Source: Hemiscyllium ocellatum (lineage: Eukaryota). Taken from it: 64,000 nt of DNA. The translations under genes and the position numbers were made by a program. A model generated the notes under the pieces. It was given only the letters and a program-made list of their open reading frames with translations, searched no databases and had not been told where the DNA came from. The first letter of the stretch is position 1, and each line of letters starts with the position of its first letter. Positions 26,675 through 39,762 of this stretch are shown here, in pieces. Location of the stretch: assembly GCF_020745735.1 (NCBI RefSeq), contig NC_083435.1, positions 10,943,201 through 11,007,200 of the forward strand. The letters are read 5' to 3'.

Positions 26675-27225
26675 TCAGTGCCCTTTAATCCCACAAATTG
26701 TCAGTGGGCCGGAGTTTTTCCCATCGTCATGCTCTCCCAGATAGAAGATGGGAAAGAGCCTCTCCGTGAAAGTGTGGGTGAAAGTGTGGAGATGGGACAT
26801 GGTGTCCGCATTGTAAAATGACACCTGTCCACCCTCATAGTCCAGGAAAATCCCGATCTTCCGGAGATTCACACTCGGGGAGAGGGGAATTTCAGAGGGG
26901 GAGGTGGCAGCAAAATAACCACATCCTGGTAACAGCCACACAGCCCAGACTCCGGTCTCCAGGCTTGGGTCATCCTCACATTTCCTCTCCACAGACTCTC
27001 GGGCCACACCCAGAAACCATTCCGTCTTCTCCCCCACCTCCACCTCCCAGTAATGTCTCCCTGATGTGAATCCCTCTGATCCCAGAACACATTCCCAGGG
27101 AACAAATCTCTCCGGGGAGTTAGGGAGCGGCTGCCGTTTGTCTCCGAGTCTCACACTGGTCCGGTCCTCAGACAGGATGAGCCGGGGATGCGCTGTGTTC
27201 GGATCCAGAGTCACAGGGGCTGGAG
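26675..27225 (-). CDS. T1 exon 6: PRY-SPRY (B30.2)
   Basis: ctctccccag|CT CCA GCC CCT GTG ACT CTG GAT CCG; [43 protein letters not shown]. Confidence 0.95.
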
Positions 27226-30200
27226 CTGGGGAGAGATCAAATAACACCGTCAGAGAAAGGGAGGCAAAGAGAGGACAGGGAGAGTGAGGGGAGCAGGTAG
27301 TGAGGGATTGAGAGACAGAGGTGGTTGGGAGTGGAGGTGATATAGGGCAAGTCTGGAAAAGGGAAGTTTGAAGGAGAGAAGGGTCAGGGAAAGGGGAGTG
27401 AGTGAGGGAGAGTGCAGTGAGTGATGAGAATGGAGGAATGAGGAGGAAGGATGGGTAAGGTGGAAGGCTGGGGAGGGAACAGTGAGGGAAGTGAGAGGGA
27501 TCATTTGGAAGGGAGTGGGTGAGGAAATGAAGTAGACAGGAAGAACAAATCCTTAACCTTAATTTTATCGTAGGAGGGAAGGGAAGGTTAAAGAGAGGGG
27601 AAGAGAGAGGAGGTGTGGGTCATAGGATGGAGAGTGAGGAGAGGTGGGAGAGAGAGGAGGGTAGAGTGAAGGGGCGATATGAGAAAGAGAGAGGTGTGGA
27701 GAATGAGGGGGAGTTCAGAGGGAGGTGAGCAATGGGAGGTTTGACTGCCCAGGTGAGAGCAATGAAAGGGGTCAACCGAGGGATGTAGAGGGAGAGAGCA
27801 GTTTGGGGAGCGCAGCATCATCTGGAGAGCCAGGAGGAGTGGGGAGAAGAAGGGGGAATTATGGAGAGGGGAAGTGTGGTGGTAGTGGCAAGGGGGAGTG
27901 CACTGGGGAGGCTAAACTGAAGCACAAGGTGAGGGGAGAGCGAGGGGCAGAGAGTGTGGCAGAAGTGGAGGGAGAAGAAGCACTAGGGGTGAGTGAAGAG
28001 TGAACTCACAGAAGATGACGGCGACTGTGTGGTTTGAAATTAAATTGATGAAATTTCAATAAATGCCTGATCTGGAGGAGCCAGTGTTGGAGTAGGGTGG
28101 ACAAAATTAAAAACCATACAACACCAAGTTATAGTCCATCAGGTTTATTTGGAAGCACTAGCTTTCAGAGTGCTGCTCCTTCATCTGGTAGTTGTGGAGT
28201 GGGATCATATGACACAGAACTAATATATCAAAAGACTACAGTATCATGCAAATGAAATTATGTATTGAACAAACTAATTGTTATGAAGAGTTTCATCTTT
28301 TAGAATGGGTTGCAGGTTTCGGTGCATTAGTACGTAAATCCCAGCACTTCTTTAAGTCACATTCCCGAGATAACTTAAGGTTTTATCAAAAAAGAAAATG
28401 ACACCTAAGCTCAGACAACGCGTTAAAAGTGTGAGGCTATCTGCATCCCAACCTTGAGTCAGACTGGCTCTATTTCCAAAATGAAATTTCAAAATATGAC
28501 ATATTAACTGTCTGCATTGATTGCACGCAGATTGTGCATTTTTGAGCAACATAGAATATGTCTGCAAATATAATTCTGCAAATACAAAATCATCCCATAG
28601 ACTTATGTGCGTGCAGGAGAGAGACAGAGAGAGAGAGAGAGAGAGTGTGAGTGTGTGCATTTGAGTGTGTACATGTGAGAGTGAGTGCACATGAGAGAGT
28701 GTATGTTTGCATGTGTGCAACTAAGTGTGCATTTGGTAAAATGTGTGAGTATGAATGTTATGGGGTATAAGCCTGTGAGAGGGTGTATGTGTGGGTATGA
28801 GTGCGGGGGGTGTATATATGTGTGTATGAGAGTGTGTGAACATGTAAGAATGTGTGTGTATGTGTACTTGTGTGTATGCATGTGCAAGAGAGTGCATAGG
28901 GTCACTTGTAGTGGGACCTGAACCCAAAGTCCTGGTTAAGACCATCCTCATGGGTACCGAACTTAGTTATCAGCCTCTGTTATAATTTGTTAAAACTCTG
29001 CTACATTTCGATAAGAAAGATATCAAAACGTTTTTTGATTTCTTGGCCAGTTTGTTTTGAATGATCGTCACCTGAGCCCAAATATCCCTGGAAGATGATA
29101 GGTGTGAGCTATGCAGGGCTGGGGCCTATCAGTTGGGAGGCAGTGTGGAGAGTTTGGGTGGGGGGCGGAGGTGAGAAGATCACCAGATGAAATGAAGTCA
29201 GTGACCATGGTTGTCACAATGGGCTGATGTTTCATTGTGGCTTCTTGATCCAGGGAGTGATAGAAAGAGGTATCTGAGAGCTGGCACTCAGCCTCCACAA
29301 TGCAGAGGTCAGTTTCTCAGACTATAACAGCCCCACCCTGATCAGCAGGCTTCATAACAAAGTCAGGGTTGGATCTGAGAGCACTGTCTCCAAGCTGACA
29401 GCCCACCAACCCCACACAGCTCACTTCTACTTCCTTCCCAAATTCACAACCAAACTCATTGTTTCTGCCTGCTCCTGCCCCACAGAACTCATCGCTTCCT
29501 ACTTTAACTCAATCTTTTTTCCCCTGGTTCAGTCGCTGTCCACACATTCCTCAGAAGATTTATGGCAGTTTCAGAATTTCCAGTTTGCAGACATTAGTTG
29601 CCTCCTCTTTACCATGGATGTGCAATGCCTCTACACCTCCATCCCCCACCAGGATGGTCTCAGGACTCTCCACTTCATCCTGGAAAAATGGCCTGAACTG
29701 TCCCTACCCCCCACCACCCTCCTCCCCTTGGCCAAATTCATCCTCGCCCTGAACAACATCTCTTTTAACTGCTCTCATTTTCTTCAGGTCAGAGGGGTGG
29801 CCATGGGTACCCACATGGGTCCTAGTTATGCCTGTGACATGGGTCCTAGTTATGCCTGTGTCTTTGTGGGGTATGTAGAACATTCCTGTTCCAGTCTTGT
29901 TCTGGCCCTAAAGAAAAACTCTTCATTCAATATATAATGATATCCTCAATGTTGCCTCCCCCTCTTGTCTGGAATTGGAAACATTTTTAAATTTTGCTTC
30001 GAGATATCATTGCAATTTCCCTTTCACCAGGTCAATCTCTGACTCCTCCTTTCCTCAACATCTCTGCCTCCATTTCTGGGGATACACTGGACACCAATAT
30101 CCACTACAAACCCACTGACTAATACAGTTATCTGGACTATAAATCTTTGCACCCTGCTTCCTGTAAAGATTCCATTCTATTCTCCCAGTTAGAGTCATAG

Positions 30201-33200
30201 AGTATTCGAGATGAACAGCATGGAAACAGACCCTTTGGTCCAACTTGTCTATGCCAACCCAATCTACTCCCACCTGCCAGCACCGGGCCCATATCCCTCC
30301 AAACCCTTCCTATATGGAGCCAGCCCAGTATCTTCTAGAAATCCTGTTTCCATGCTCTATTCCTCTGGTTAGACAGAACCCTTCACTGCTCTAACACACA
30401 GAAATGATGACTTCAGAAAATTATCCAAATGGACCCACGGAAAGTCCAATATTTCCAGGGAGAATCTCCCAGAATTAACAATTAGTGATGTGAAAATGTA
30501 AACTGGGGCCTTGGAGACCCTACACAACTGGATTTATCATCAGGAAAATGAATATGCATGTTTACCTGGGTGAATGGTGTGTATCATTTCTCTCCAGACT
30601 GTGTACTGTAAAGGGCCGGCGAACTGTCTGAGAGACAGAGAGCTATCAGCAGCTGAGCATTCGCTCACATCCACAGTAAACTTGCTAATATAAAAAAATT
30701 GAAATCACAAGTTCCGCTTTGTTAGAATATTAATGAAATAATTTAAATGGTCAAGTTTTCAGCATTGTTCACGATTCAGTCAACGTGCTAGAAAGTGAAA
30801 TGTTTACCTTATCTTTGTAACTGACCCAAAAAGAATTTGGTAATGCAAGAACAAGGATTGGAAACCCCAAGATCCAATGAAAGGCCCATATCCTGATAAC
30901 AGATCAGAGACTGAGACATCACACACCATGGAGATGATGTATATTCCCTCCATCCCCTTGCTGTATTATAAACAGAGCTTGTGGAACAAAGACAAAAAAA
31001 TCTGAAACATCTAAAAACCTCATCACCAACTGTGTAATACATGGGTCCCACAACCCACCGAGAATCCTGCACCTCTACTTCCACCCTCCTGATCATCTCC
31101 GATTTTAGTCTCTCCCCTCATTGGAGGTTGGACCTTCAGCTGCCAAGACCCTCAGCTCTGGAATTCCCTCCCTGAACCTCTCCATCTCTCTATTCCTCTT
31201 TCCTCCTTTCAGATGCACTAAAACCCACAGCAATCATCTGGGTTAATATCTCAGTGACACTTTTCTATACTTTCCAACACTCCTGTAAAATAACTCAGGA
31301 CATTACAATACACTGATTAAAGTTTTTTTTATTTTGGATTTATGATTGCCTTTATAAAGGTTGCAGTGTGAGTTAGTGTTATAAAAAGTAAAACAAAAAA
31401 TGATTTCCCCTTGAAACTCTGACTGTCTCAGGTTGGTCAGGAGCCATGCAGGGACAGGGATGGCCATTCCCTGGAGACATGGGGCGTGTGTCTCTCTCAG
31501 GGTCAGGGGGAAGGTCACAGTCACACAAACTGCCCAAGGCAGGGCAGTGATCACCTCCAGCCTGAAAACCAGGTTGTACTATTTACAGGCATCTTTTCAT
31601 TGTAGAAGCGTTGTATAGAAGCCTGTTCCAAACCTGTAATTAGCTTCTTATTATAAAACACTCCTGTGCGAACCATAATGTGAATAACTGCCATCCCATG
31701 AATGACCCTTTAAAGTGGCAACAATAACCAGGAAATAACTGGGCAGAGTTTCAGTAAAGAGCATGCCCTACCTTTTCTTCCGACAAGCTTCCTCCTGAAA
31801 GAAATTAATCACAAACAGTGAGGATGGCAGTAACAGATTTCTGGAGGAGACAGACAGGCTGCTGAAATGAGCAGACACAACATGGAAGTGTAACGTGATA
31901 CATTTTGGAAGGAAGATTGAGGAGGGGGTAAAATAAATTGGAACTGCCCATCAGTCCCGTTCACATACACAGTGACTCTCACACTCCCACTGTATCAGGC
32001 ACACCCACACACTCTCCACATGGAACTGGAACTGGATGACAATGGGAGTTCCTGGAGATAATTAAACTTGGGGAACTGAGATAATAACAAAACAAGTAAA
32101 AACATCACAACCCATTCCCGGGAGGGTCTCGGTATTCCCAAGTTTCTCCAGACAATGTGGGAGCGTTTAGTTCAGGAACAGCATCGGAATCAGCCAGTCA
32201 CAGACACAATTTAGTTAGAGTCATTGAGTCAGAGAGTCATAGAGATGTACAGCATGGAAACAGACCCTTCAGTCCAACCCGTCCATGTCGACCAGATATC
32301 ACAATCCAATCTAGCCCCACCTGCCAGCACCCGGCCTAAATCCCTCCAAACCCTTCCTATTCATATACACATCCAGATGCCTTTTAAATGTTGCAATTGC
32401 ACCAGTCTCCACCACTTCCTCTGGCAGCTCATTCCATACACGTACCACCCTCTGTGTGAATATGTTGCCCCTTAGCTCTCTTTTATATCTTTCCTAAACC
32501 TATGCCATCTAGTTCTGGACTTCCCAACCCCAGGGAAAAGACTTTGTCTATTTATCCTATCCATGTCCCTCATGATTTTGTAAACCTCTATACGGTCACC
32601 CCTCAGTCTCTGATGCTCCAGCGAAAACAGCCCCAGCCTGTTCAACCTATCCCTATAGCTCAAATCCTCCAACTCTGACAACATCCTTGTAAATCTTTTC
32701 TGAACCCTTTCAAGTTTCACAACATCTTTCCAATCGGAAGGAGACCAGAATTGCATGCAATAATCCAACAGTGGCCTAACCAATGTCATGTACAGCCGCA
32801 ACATGTACCCAATACTCTGACCAATAAAGGAAAGCATACCAAACGCTTTCGTCACTATCCTATTTACCTGTGACTCCACTTTCAAGGAGCTATGAACCTG
32901 CACTCCAAGATGTCTTTGTTCAACAACACTCCCGAGGACCTTACCATTAAGTGTATAAGTCCTGCTAAGATTTGCTTTCCCAAAATGCAGCACCTTACAT
33001 TTATCTAAATTAAATGGATGGCACAATGGCTTAGTGGTTAGTACCGCTGCCGCATAACACCAGGGACCCAGGTTCGATTCCAGCCTTGGGCAACTCTCTG
33101 TGCGGAGTTAGCACATTCTCCCCGTGTCCGCATGGGTTTCCTCCGGGTGCTCTGGTTTCCTCCCACAGTCCAAGGATGTGCAGGTCAGGTGAATTGGTCA

Positions 33201-36200
33201 TGCTAAAATTGCTCATAGTGTTAATGCATTAGTCAGAGGGAAATGGGTCTGGGTGTATTACTCTTCGGAATATTGGTGTTGACTTGTTCGCCGAAGGACC
33301 TATCTCTGCACTGTAGGGAATCTAATCTAAGCTCCATCTGCCACTTCTCAGCCCATTGGCCCATCTGATCAAGATCCCGTTATAATCTGAGATAACCTTC
33401 TTTGCTGTCCACTACACCTCCAATTTTAGTGTCATCTGCAAACTTGCTAACTGTACCTCTAATGCTCACATCCAAATCACGTATATAAATGGGGAAATGT
33501 GGTGGACCCAGCACCAACCCTTGTGGCACTCCACTAGTCACAGGCCTCCAGTCTGAAAAACAACACTCCACCACCACCCTCTGTCTTCTACCTTTCAGCC
33601 AGTTCTGTATCCAAATGGTGAGTTCTCCCTGTCTTCCGCGAAACCTAACCTTGCTAATCAGTCTCCCATGGGGAACCTTGTCGGACACCTTACTGAAGTC
33701 CATATAGACCACGTCCACCATTCTGCCTTCATCAATGCTCTTTGTTACTTCTTCAAAAAACTCAATTGAGTTTGTGAGACATGATTTCCCATGCACAAAG
33801 CCATGTTGGCTATCCCTAATTAGTCCTTGCCTTTCCATATACATGTACATCCTGTCCCTCAGGATTCTCTCCAACAACTTGCCCACCACCGACATTAGGC
33901 CCGCTGGTCTTTGTTCCCTGGCTTGTCCTTACCACCCTTTTTAAACAATGGCACCACGTTAGCCAACCTCCAGTCTTCCGGCACCTCACCTGTGACTATC
34001 AATGATATAAATATCTCAGTAAGAGGCCCAGCAATCACTTCTCTAGTTTCCCACAGAGTTCTCGGTACACCTGATCAGTTCCTGGGGATTTATTCACTGT
34101 TATGCATTTCAAGACATTCAACACTTCCTCCTCTGTGATATGGACATTTTTCAAGATTCCACTTTCTATATCTCTACATTCTATATCTTCCATGTCCTTT
34201 TCCACAATAAATACTGATGCAAAATACTCATTTAGTATCTCTCCCATCTCCTGTGGCTCCACACAAAGGCTGCCATGCTGATCTTTGAGGGGCCCTATTC
34301 TCTCCCCAGCTGCCCTTTTGTCCTTAATGTATTTGTAAAAACACTTTGGATTCTCCTCAACTCTATTTGCCAAAGCTATCTCATGTCTCCTTTTTGTCCT
34401 CCTGGCTTCTTTCCTAAGTATACTCCTACTGCCATTATACTCTTTGAAGGATTCACTCGATCTATCCTATCTATACCTGACATGTGTTTCTTTCTGGTTT
34501 TTAACCAAAACCAAATTTCTCTGGTCATCCAGCAGTCCCTATACCTACCAGCCTTTCCTTTCACCCTAACAACAAGATAATTTCTCTGGACTCTTGTTAT
34601 CTAATTTCTGAAGTCTTCCCATTTTCGAGCCATCCCCTTACGTGCGAATATCTGCACCCAATCAGTTTTTGAAAGTCCTTGCTTTATACCATCAAAATTG
34701 GCCTTCCTCCAATTTAGAACTTCAACTTTTAAATCTGGTCTACCCTTTTCCATCAATATTTCAAAACTAATAGAATTATGGTCGCAGGCGCCAAAGTGCT
34801 CCCCAACTGACACCTCAGTCACCTGCCCTGCCTTATATCCCAAGAGTAGGTCAAGTTTTGCACCTTCTGTGGTATGTATATCCACATACTGAATCAGAAA
34901 ATTTTCTTGGACACACTTAACAAATTCCTCTCTCTCTAAACCATTAACAACCCGTCTATGTTTGGTAAGTTAAAATCCACGACCATAACCATCCTATTAT
35001 TCTTACAGATATCTGAGATATCCTTAAAATTTGTTTCTCAATTTCCCTCTGAATATTAGGCGTCTATAATACAATCACAATAATGTGATCATCCCTTTCT
35101 TATTTCTCAGTTCCATCCAAATAACTTCCCTGGATGTATTTCCAGGAATATCCTCCTTCAGTACAGCTGTAATGCTATGTAAGCACAGAACCAGACCCTT
35201 TGATCCAACTCATCCAGTATTCCAAAAGTGGCCTAACCAACGTCATGTACAGCCACAGAATGACCTCCCAACTCCTAAACTCAATGCTCTGTCCAGTAAA
35301 GGAAGGCATACCAAATGCCTTCTTCTCTATCTTACTCACCTGCAATTCCACTTTTAAGGAACTATGAACAAGGTCACTTTGTTCAGCACCACGCCCCAGT
35401 AACTTGCCATTAAGTGTATTAGTCCTGCCATGATTTGTCTCTTCAAAATGCAGCACCTCACATTTATCTAAACTCCATCTGCCACACCTCAGCTCATTGC
35501 CCCATCTGATCAAGATCCTGTTGTTCTCTGAAATAATCTTCTTCGCTGTCCATTACACTTTCCATTTTTGGTGTTCTCTACAAACTTACTAGCAATACCT
35601 CCTATGTTCACATCCAAATCTCTTTTTTTCAGTAATTGCTATATCAACGTAATAATTATCTTTTTGCTGTAACTGGGTGAAGGTTCCATTACCTAACCTG
35701 GAATATAATCTCTCACCTTCAGAAATATCAGATCGTCCTTTTGCTCCATCTGTTTCTGCAACTCTGAGAGTTTCTCCTCAATAGAATGTAAATACTCCTG
35801 AATCTCTCGAAGATTTTGCTCCATTGTTTCTACAGTCCTCTCCTCTTCTTCCCTGAGATCTCTGAGTAAACGCTGCTCTTTCTCAGTGAGAATCTGGTGC
35901 ATTTTAGTGAACTCGGATGTGATGTGGGTCTGCAGACTGCTCGCCTGTTCCTACCAAATGAAATGTGAAACCTCATTAATGTCCCGCGGTAAAGGGAACA
36001 AAACTAACCGAGATCCCAGAAAATCAGCACAGGGAGAGCTCACCCTCACTTCGGAAATCTTCCGTTTCTGGGTCAGTTCGATTTGTAGAGCCTCCGATGT
36101 CGCCTCTGTGAGAGAATCTAAGGAAGATTTCAGCTTATTCTGACATCAGGAGAGAAAAATCACAGAATTGAATTGTGATTAGACGGCAAAATGTGGTAAA

Positions 36201-36639
36201 TCTCTCGCCCTCCAATACATCCCCCTTTTACCTTGTAGATTTCAACAGCCTCTTTAATCGGGATGAAACGGTGCTCTCTGTGTTCCGCAGTGACACAAAA
36301 CACACAGAGCAATTTCTTGTCAGTTCGGCAAAACAGCTTTAGATCTTCCTGATGTTCCTCACAGTGAGGTTTACTTTCCTTGTCTTTCGGATCCAGCTTT
36401 AATTTTCGAGCTTTCTCCGCCAGATTCGCTAAGGCCCGATTTACCCTGAGGTTTCTTTCCGGAAACTCCTCTCTACATTCCGGGCAGGAGTTTTTCTCCT
36501 TCTTTTCCCAACTCTGGGTGATACAGGAGCGGCAGAAGTTGTGCCCACATTCCAGTATAACCGGCTCGGTGAAGAAATCCAGACAAATGGCACAAACTGC
36601 CTCCTCGGTCCAACTCTCTCCCTGCTGTCTGGACGCCAT
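26675..36639 (-). CDS. TRIM E3 ligase T1 (RING, B-box2, coiled coil, PRY-SPRY/B30.2), 6 coding exons, 476 aa, TRIM39/TRIM35/A33-like class
   Basis: Exons 36232-36639 (408), 36044-36139 (96), 35717-35950 (234), 31772-31794 (23), 30566-30684 (119) and 26675-27225 (551), all GT-AG; sum 1431 nt = 477 codons, open throughout; sizes match the canonical class IV TRIM layout. Confidence 0.92.
27250..28010. repeat. Purine-rich (GA/GGA) low-complexity tract
   Basis: Plus strand almost entirely G/A; abuts the T1 exon 6 acceptor on the minus strand. Confidence 0.85.
28100..30190. mobile_element. Second-clade Penelope-like element (Neptune-type RT), rearranged, with a TG-rich tract at about 28600-28900
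   Basis: [39 protein letters not shown] core (29614-29900, +) with an internal 24-nt duplication at 29814-29861; terminal part with a GAAAGCT hammerhead-like motif at 28155-28190 (-). Confidence 0.75.
30566..30684 (-). CDS. T1 exon 5 (linker)
   Basis: tatattag|C AAG TTT..CAC CCA G|gtaaac; [39 protein letters not shown] with the typical GPLQY-x-x-W-x-x-M motif. Confidence 0.88.
31772..31794 (-). CDS. T1 exon 4 (23 nt)
   Basis: tttctttcag|GAGGAAGCTTGTCGGAAGAAAAG|gtaggg; EEACRKK; the canonical 23-nt TRIM exon supplying the required phase shift. Confidence 0.85.
32222..35620 (-). mobile_element. Near-complete CR1 ORF2 in T1 intron 3, with a SINE inserted at 33015-33330 (+)
   Basis: Endonuclease end [16 protein letters not shown] (34601-34885), [39 protein letters not shown] (33380-33895), C-terminus 32472-33026. 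Confidence 0.92.
35717..35950 (-). CDS. T1 exon 3 (coiled coil)
   Basis: tttggtag|GAACAG..CTGAAG|gtgaga; [44 protein letters not shown]. Confidence 0.92.
36044..36139 (-). CDS. T1 exon 2 (96 nt, coiled coil)
   Basis: gatgtcag|AATAAG..GTGAGG|gtgagc; [32 protein letters not shown]. Confidence 0.9.
36232..36639 (-). CDS. T1 exon 1 (RING + B-box2)
   Basis: [23 protein letters not shown] (C3HC4 RING) and CEEH..LFC..D..CVFC..EHREH (B-box2); TACAAG|gtaaaa. Confidence 0.95.
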
Positions 36640-36837
36640 GTTCACCCTCAGTACTTCCTGATTCAAATCGGTTTTACTGTGGATGATGACGCGCTGGTGA
36701 ACACATTCACTTCAACGATTCCCCGACGAATACACAGGTTCGAATACCTTAAGCTTGTCTGTCTTATTGATACTTTGACAGGAAGTAAAGAAATGTCAAT
36801 ATGTTGAAGAAGAAATAGGGCTGATCGTAGATTCACA

Positions 36838-37265
36838 GTCAGAGAGATGTACAGCGTGGAAACAGACCCTTCGGTCCAGCCGACCAGATATCCCAACCCC
36901 ATCTCGTCCAAACTGTCAGTACCCGGCCCATATCCTTCCAAACCCTTCCTATTCATATACCCATCCAGATACCTCTTAAATGTTGCAAGTGTACCAGCCT
37001 CCACCACATCCTCTGGCAGCTCATTCCATACACGTACCACTCTCTGCATGAAAAAGTTGCCCCTTTGGTCTCTTTTATATCATTCCCCTCTCACCCTAAA
37101 CCTATGCCCTCTAGCTCTGGACTCGCCCACCCCTCGGAAAATCTTTATCTATTTATCCAATCCCATGCCTCCTTATAAATTCTATAAGGTCACCCCTCAG
37201 CTTCCGACGCTCCAGGGAAAACAGCGGTAGCCTATTCAACCTCTCCCTTTTAGCTCAAATCCTGG
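36838..37265 (-). mobile_element. CR1 LINE 3' end between the two TRIM copies
   Basis: [41 protein letters not shown]. Confidence 0.85.
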
Positions 37266-39224
37266 TGTTGAACCCTGGCCGAGAGTGTGAAATTTCATGG
37301 AATGTAAACACTGGGCTGGGCCAGAGAGAGAGAGAGAGGAAGAGAAGGCGGAAATCTGCCCATGAAAGTTTCCAACCTGAAACGTCGACTCCTCTTCCCC
37401 ACTACTTTTTTCCAGCTCCACGCTTCATCCACTCTGACTCTCCAGCTTCTCCACGGAGATCTGCAGGGAGCGAGTTTTCCTTATGGGAGAACATCCTGGA
37501 TTTTAAGCTGCGACTGTTTCAAGTGCGTTGGAATTGAAGCTGAACTTTGGTGCTGGTTGGTAGCAAAACAGTAAATGCTGGCGATAGCAGCGGGTCAGAG
37601 ACACCAGGCTAACGTTTCGAGTCTGGGTGACTCTTCGTCAGATACTGGGGGGATGCTTTCTCTGACTGGAGAGTTTATAAATAGTGAGATCAGTAAGGCT
37701 CGAGGATTAAATCTGAAAACGGGAGAGGAGGAAATGAAGCGTGAAGATTATTGGGTGAACCTGAAGCTGTTTTCTGAAACTGAGCAAAAACTTTTTCCCG
37801 CTGGGAAAGGACTTCTCGAGTCCCGCGCCGCTTCCGCTGCGTTTCTCTAGGTTTCTCCCTCCACCGACTGAGTTTCTTCTGATCAACATCTGATCTTGCT
37901 TAGCAAACACCAGGCTTAGCGTTTCCTGCCGATCAATGAAGCTGTGGAGACCTCCCACAAGGACAATAAACAAAAGACTCGCTTGATCCAGTCGTCCGGG
38001 AGTTTCAAGAAACCCTTTTGTGATTGACTCTCCCGGTGGGAATCTTGGAAATCTTTCACAGAAAACAAACGGCTGTTTTGTAACTGCAAACAAAAGGAGG
38101 AAAGATTTCCGAAGTGAGGGTGAGTTCTCCCTGTGCTGATTTTCTGGGATCTCGGTTAGTTTTGTTCCCTTTATCGCGGGACATTAATGAGGTTTCACAT
38201 TTCATTCTGTAGGAACAGGCGAGCAGTCTGCAGACCCACATCACATCCGAGTTCACTAAAATGCACCAGATTCTCACTGAGAAAGAGCAGCGTTTACTCA
38301 GAGATCTCAGGGAAGAAGAGGAGAGGATTGTAGAACCAATGGAGAAAAACCTTCGAGAGATTCAGGAGAATTTAAATTCTGTTGAAGAGGAACTCTCAAA
38401 GTTGCAGAAACAGATGGAACAAATTTGGGGGAGGATAGTTCTGAAGGTGAGGGAAGGTATTGCTGGTGGGTTCAGTGTAAGGTCACTGTCGCTTAGGAAG
38501 AGGCGCAGTCCAGATACACAGGATGGAGCAGTTCAGTTATGAAGAGGTGCTGGATCGGCTCGGCGAGCGATCTTTAGGTCAGAAAGTCACAGGACATCAG
38601 GTTTATTTGAAATCACAAGCTTTCGAAGCGCTGCTCCTTTGTGACATGAAGTACAGCAGCGATCCGAAAGCTTGTGATTTTAACGAAACCTGTTGGACTA
38701 GAACCTGTTGTCATGTGACTTCTGACCTTGACCACCCCAGCCCAACACTGGCACCTCCATGTTACGTCTTCTTTAGAGCAGAAAAGAATGAGACCGGATC
38801 TGATTAAAGCGTACACGATGAAAAGGGGTCTGGGCAGGATGGAGAGAGAGAAGCTGTTGCCATTATTCGAAGCGTCATCATCGAAGGGAGGGACAATGTT
38901 AAGAGGAATAGGAGATTTATGTGGGATTTAGGGAAAATGTTTTTCGTTTAGGGCGATGGGAGTCTGGAGTGGATTGTTTGCGATGGTTTAAGGTGGAAAC
39001 CTTTTTTTTAAAAAGTCCTTGGATGAGCTCTTGAACTGCAGTAACATTCACGGCTAAGGGTCAAATGCTAAAATGTGAAATGAATGTAGATAGGTCAGTG
39101 CAGGTTCGATGGGCCGAATGGGCCGTGGTTTCAGATCGTACCGGACACAGGAGCAGGTGAGTCTTGTTTGCGATTAGATTAGGTTCCCTCCGGTGTGGAA
39201 ACAGGCCATTTGGCTCAACAAGTC

Positions 39225-39762
39225 CCCACCGCGGTGCGGAGGAGGGAGGGCAGATCTGAAGACCTCCTCGTGGGTCTGCTCCTGGGCCTGGCCAAACTGG
39301 CCATAAACAGGTCCAGGCAGCGGCCGTGGAAGGGGTCGTCAGGGCCGACTGCCTGCCCCTCTTCCGCGGCTACGTTAGGGCCCGGGTGTCCTTGGAGAAG
39401 GAGCACGCGGTGACCACCAACACCCTGGAGTTGTTCAGGGAGAGGTGGGCACCGCAGGGAGTGGAGTGCATTATTTCCCCCTCCAACTCTATTTTGATTT
39501 AGTCCCTGCCCTCCCCTTCACTGTTTTGATCACACAGCATTGCCCTTTGATGTGAAGGGCACTGCTTGTCACTGGCCACTCCGGCGTTTTCCTTTCTTCC
39601 TGGTGGTGGAAATTAAATAAAGATTTGTGTACTTTGTGTCTCTCACTGTGTCTCACACCTGCACACACACACCACGGGTGTTGGGGAAAATAAGCACTAC
39701 CGCAGTTAGGCGGCAGTGTGGGGGTTAATAAAAATAAACGAAAATTAAGAAAAAGAAAAAAA
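39225..39762 (+). mobile_element. Tx1-type L1-clade retrotransposon 3' end inserted in an HE1-like SINE (SINE about 39175-40035, -)
   Basis: DLLVGLLLGLAKLAINRSRQR..FRGYVRARVSLEKEHA..FRERWAPQG C-terminus, 3' UTR, A-rich tail; AACAAGTC duplicated at 39217-39224 and 39763-39770. Confidence 0.8.

Noticed and set aside
26675-27225. Assigning this B30.2 exon to the IgV gene at 13507-13869
   Set aside because: It lies upstream of the IgV exon on the minus strand and splices in frame to the TRIM exons
36250-36360. Apparently shortened T1 B-box ([12 protein letters not shown])
   Set aside because: Spacing C-x2-C-x4-H-x2-H is still within the B-box2 consensus
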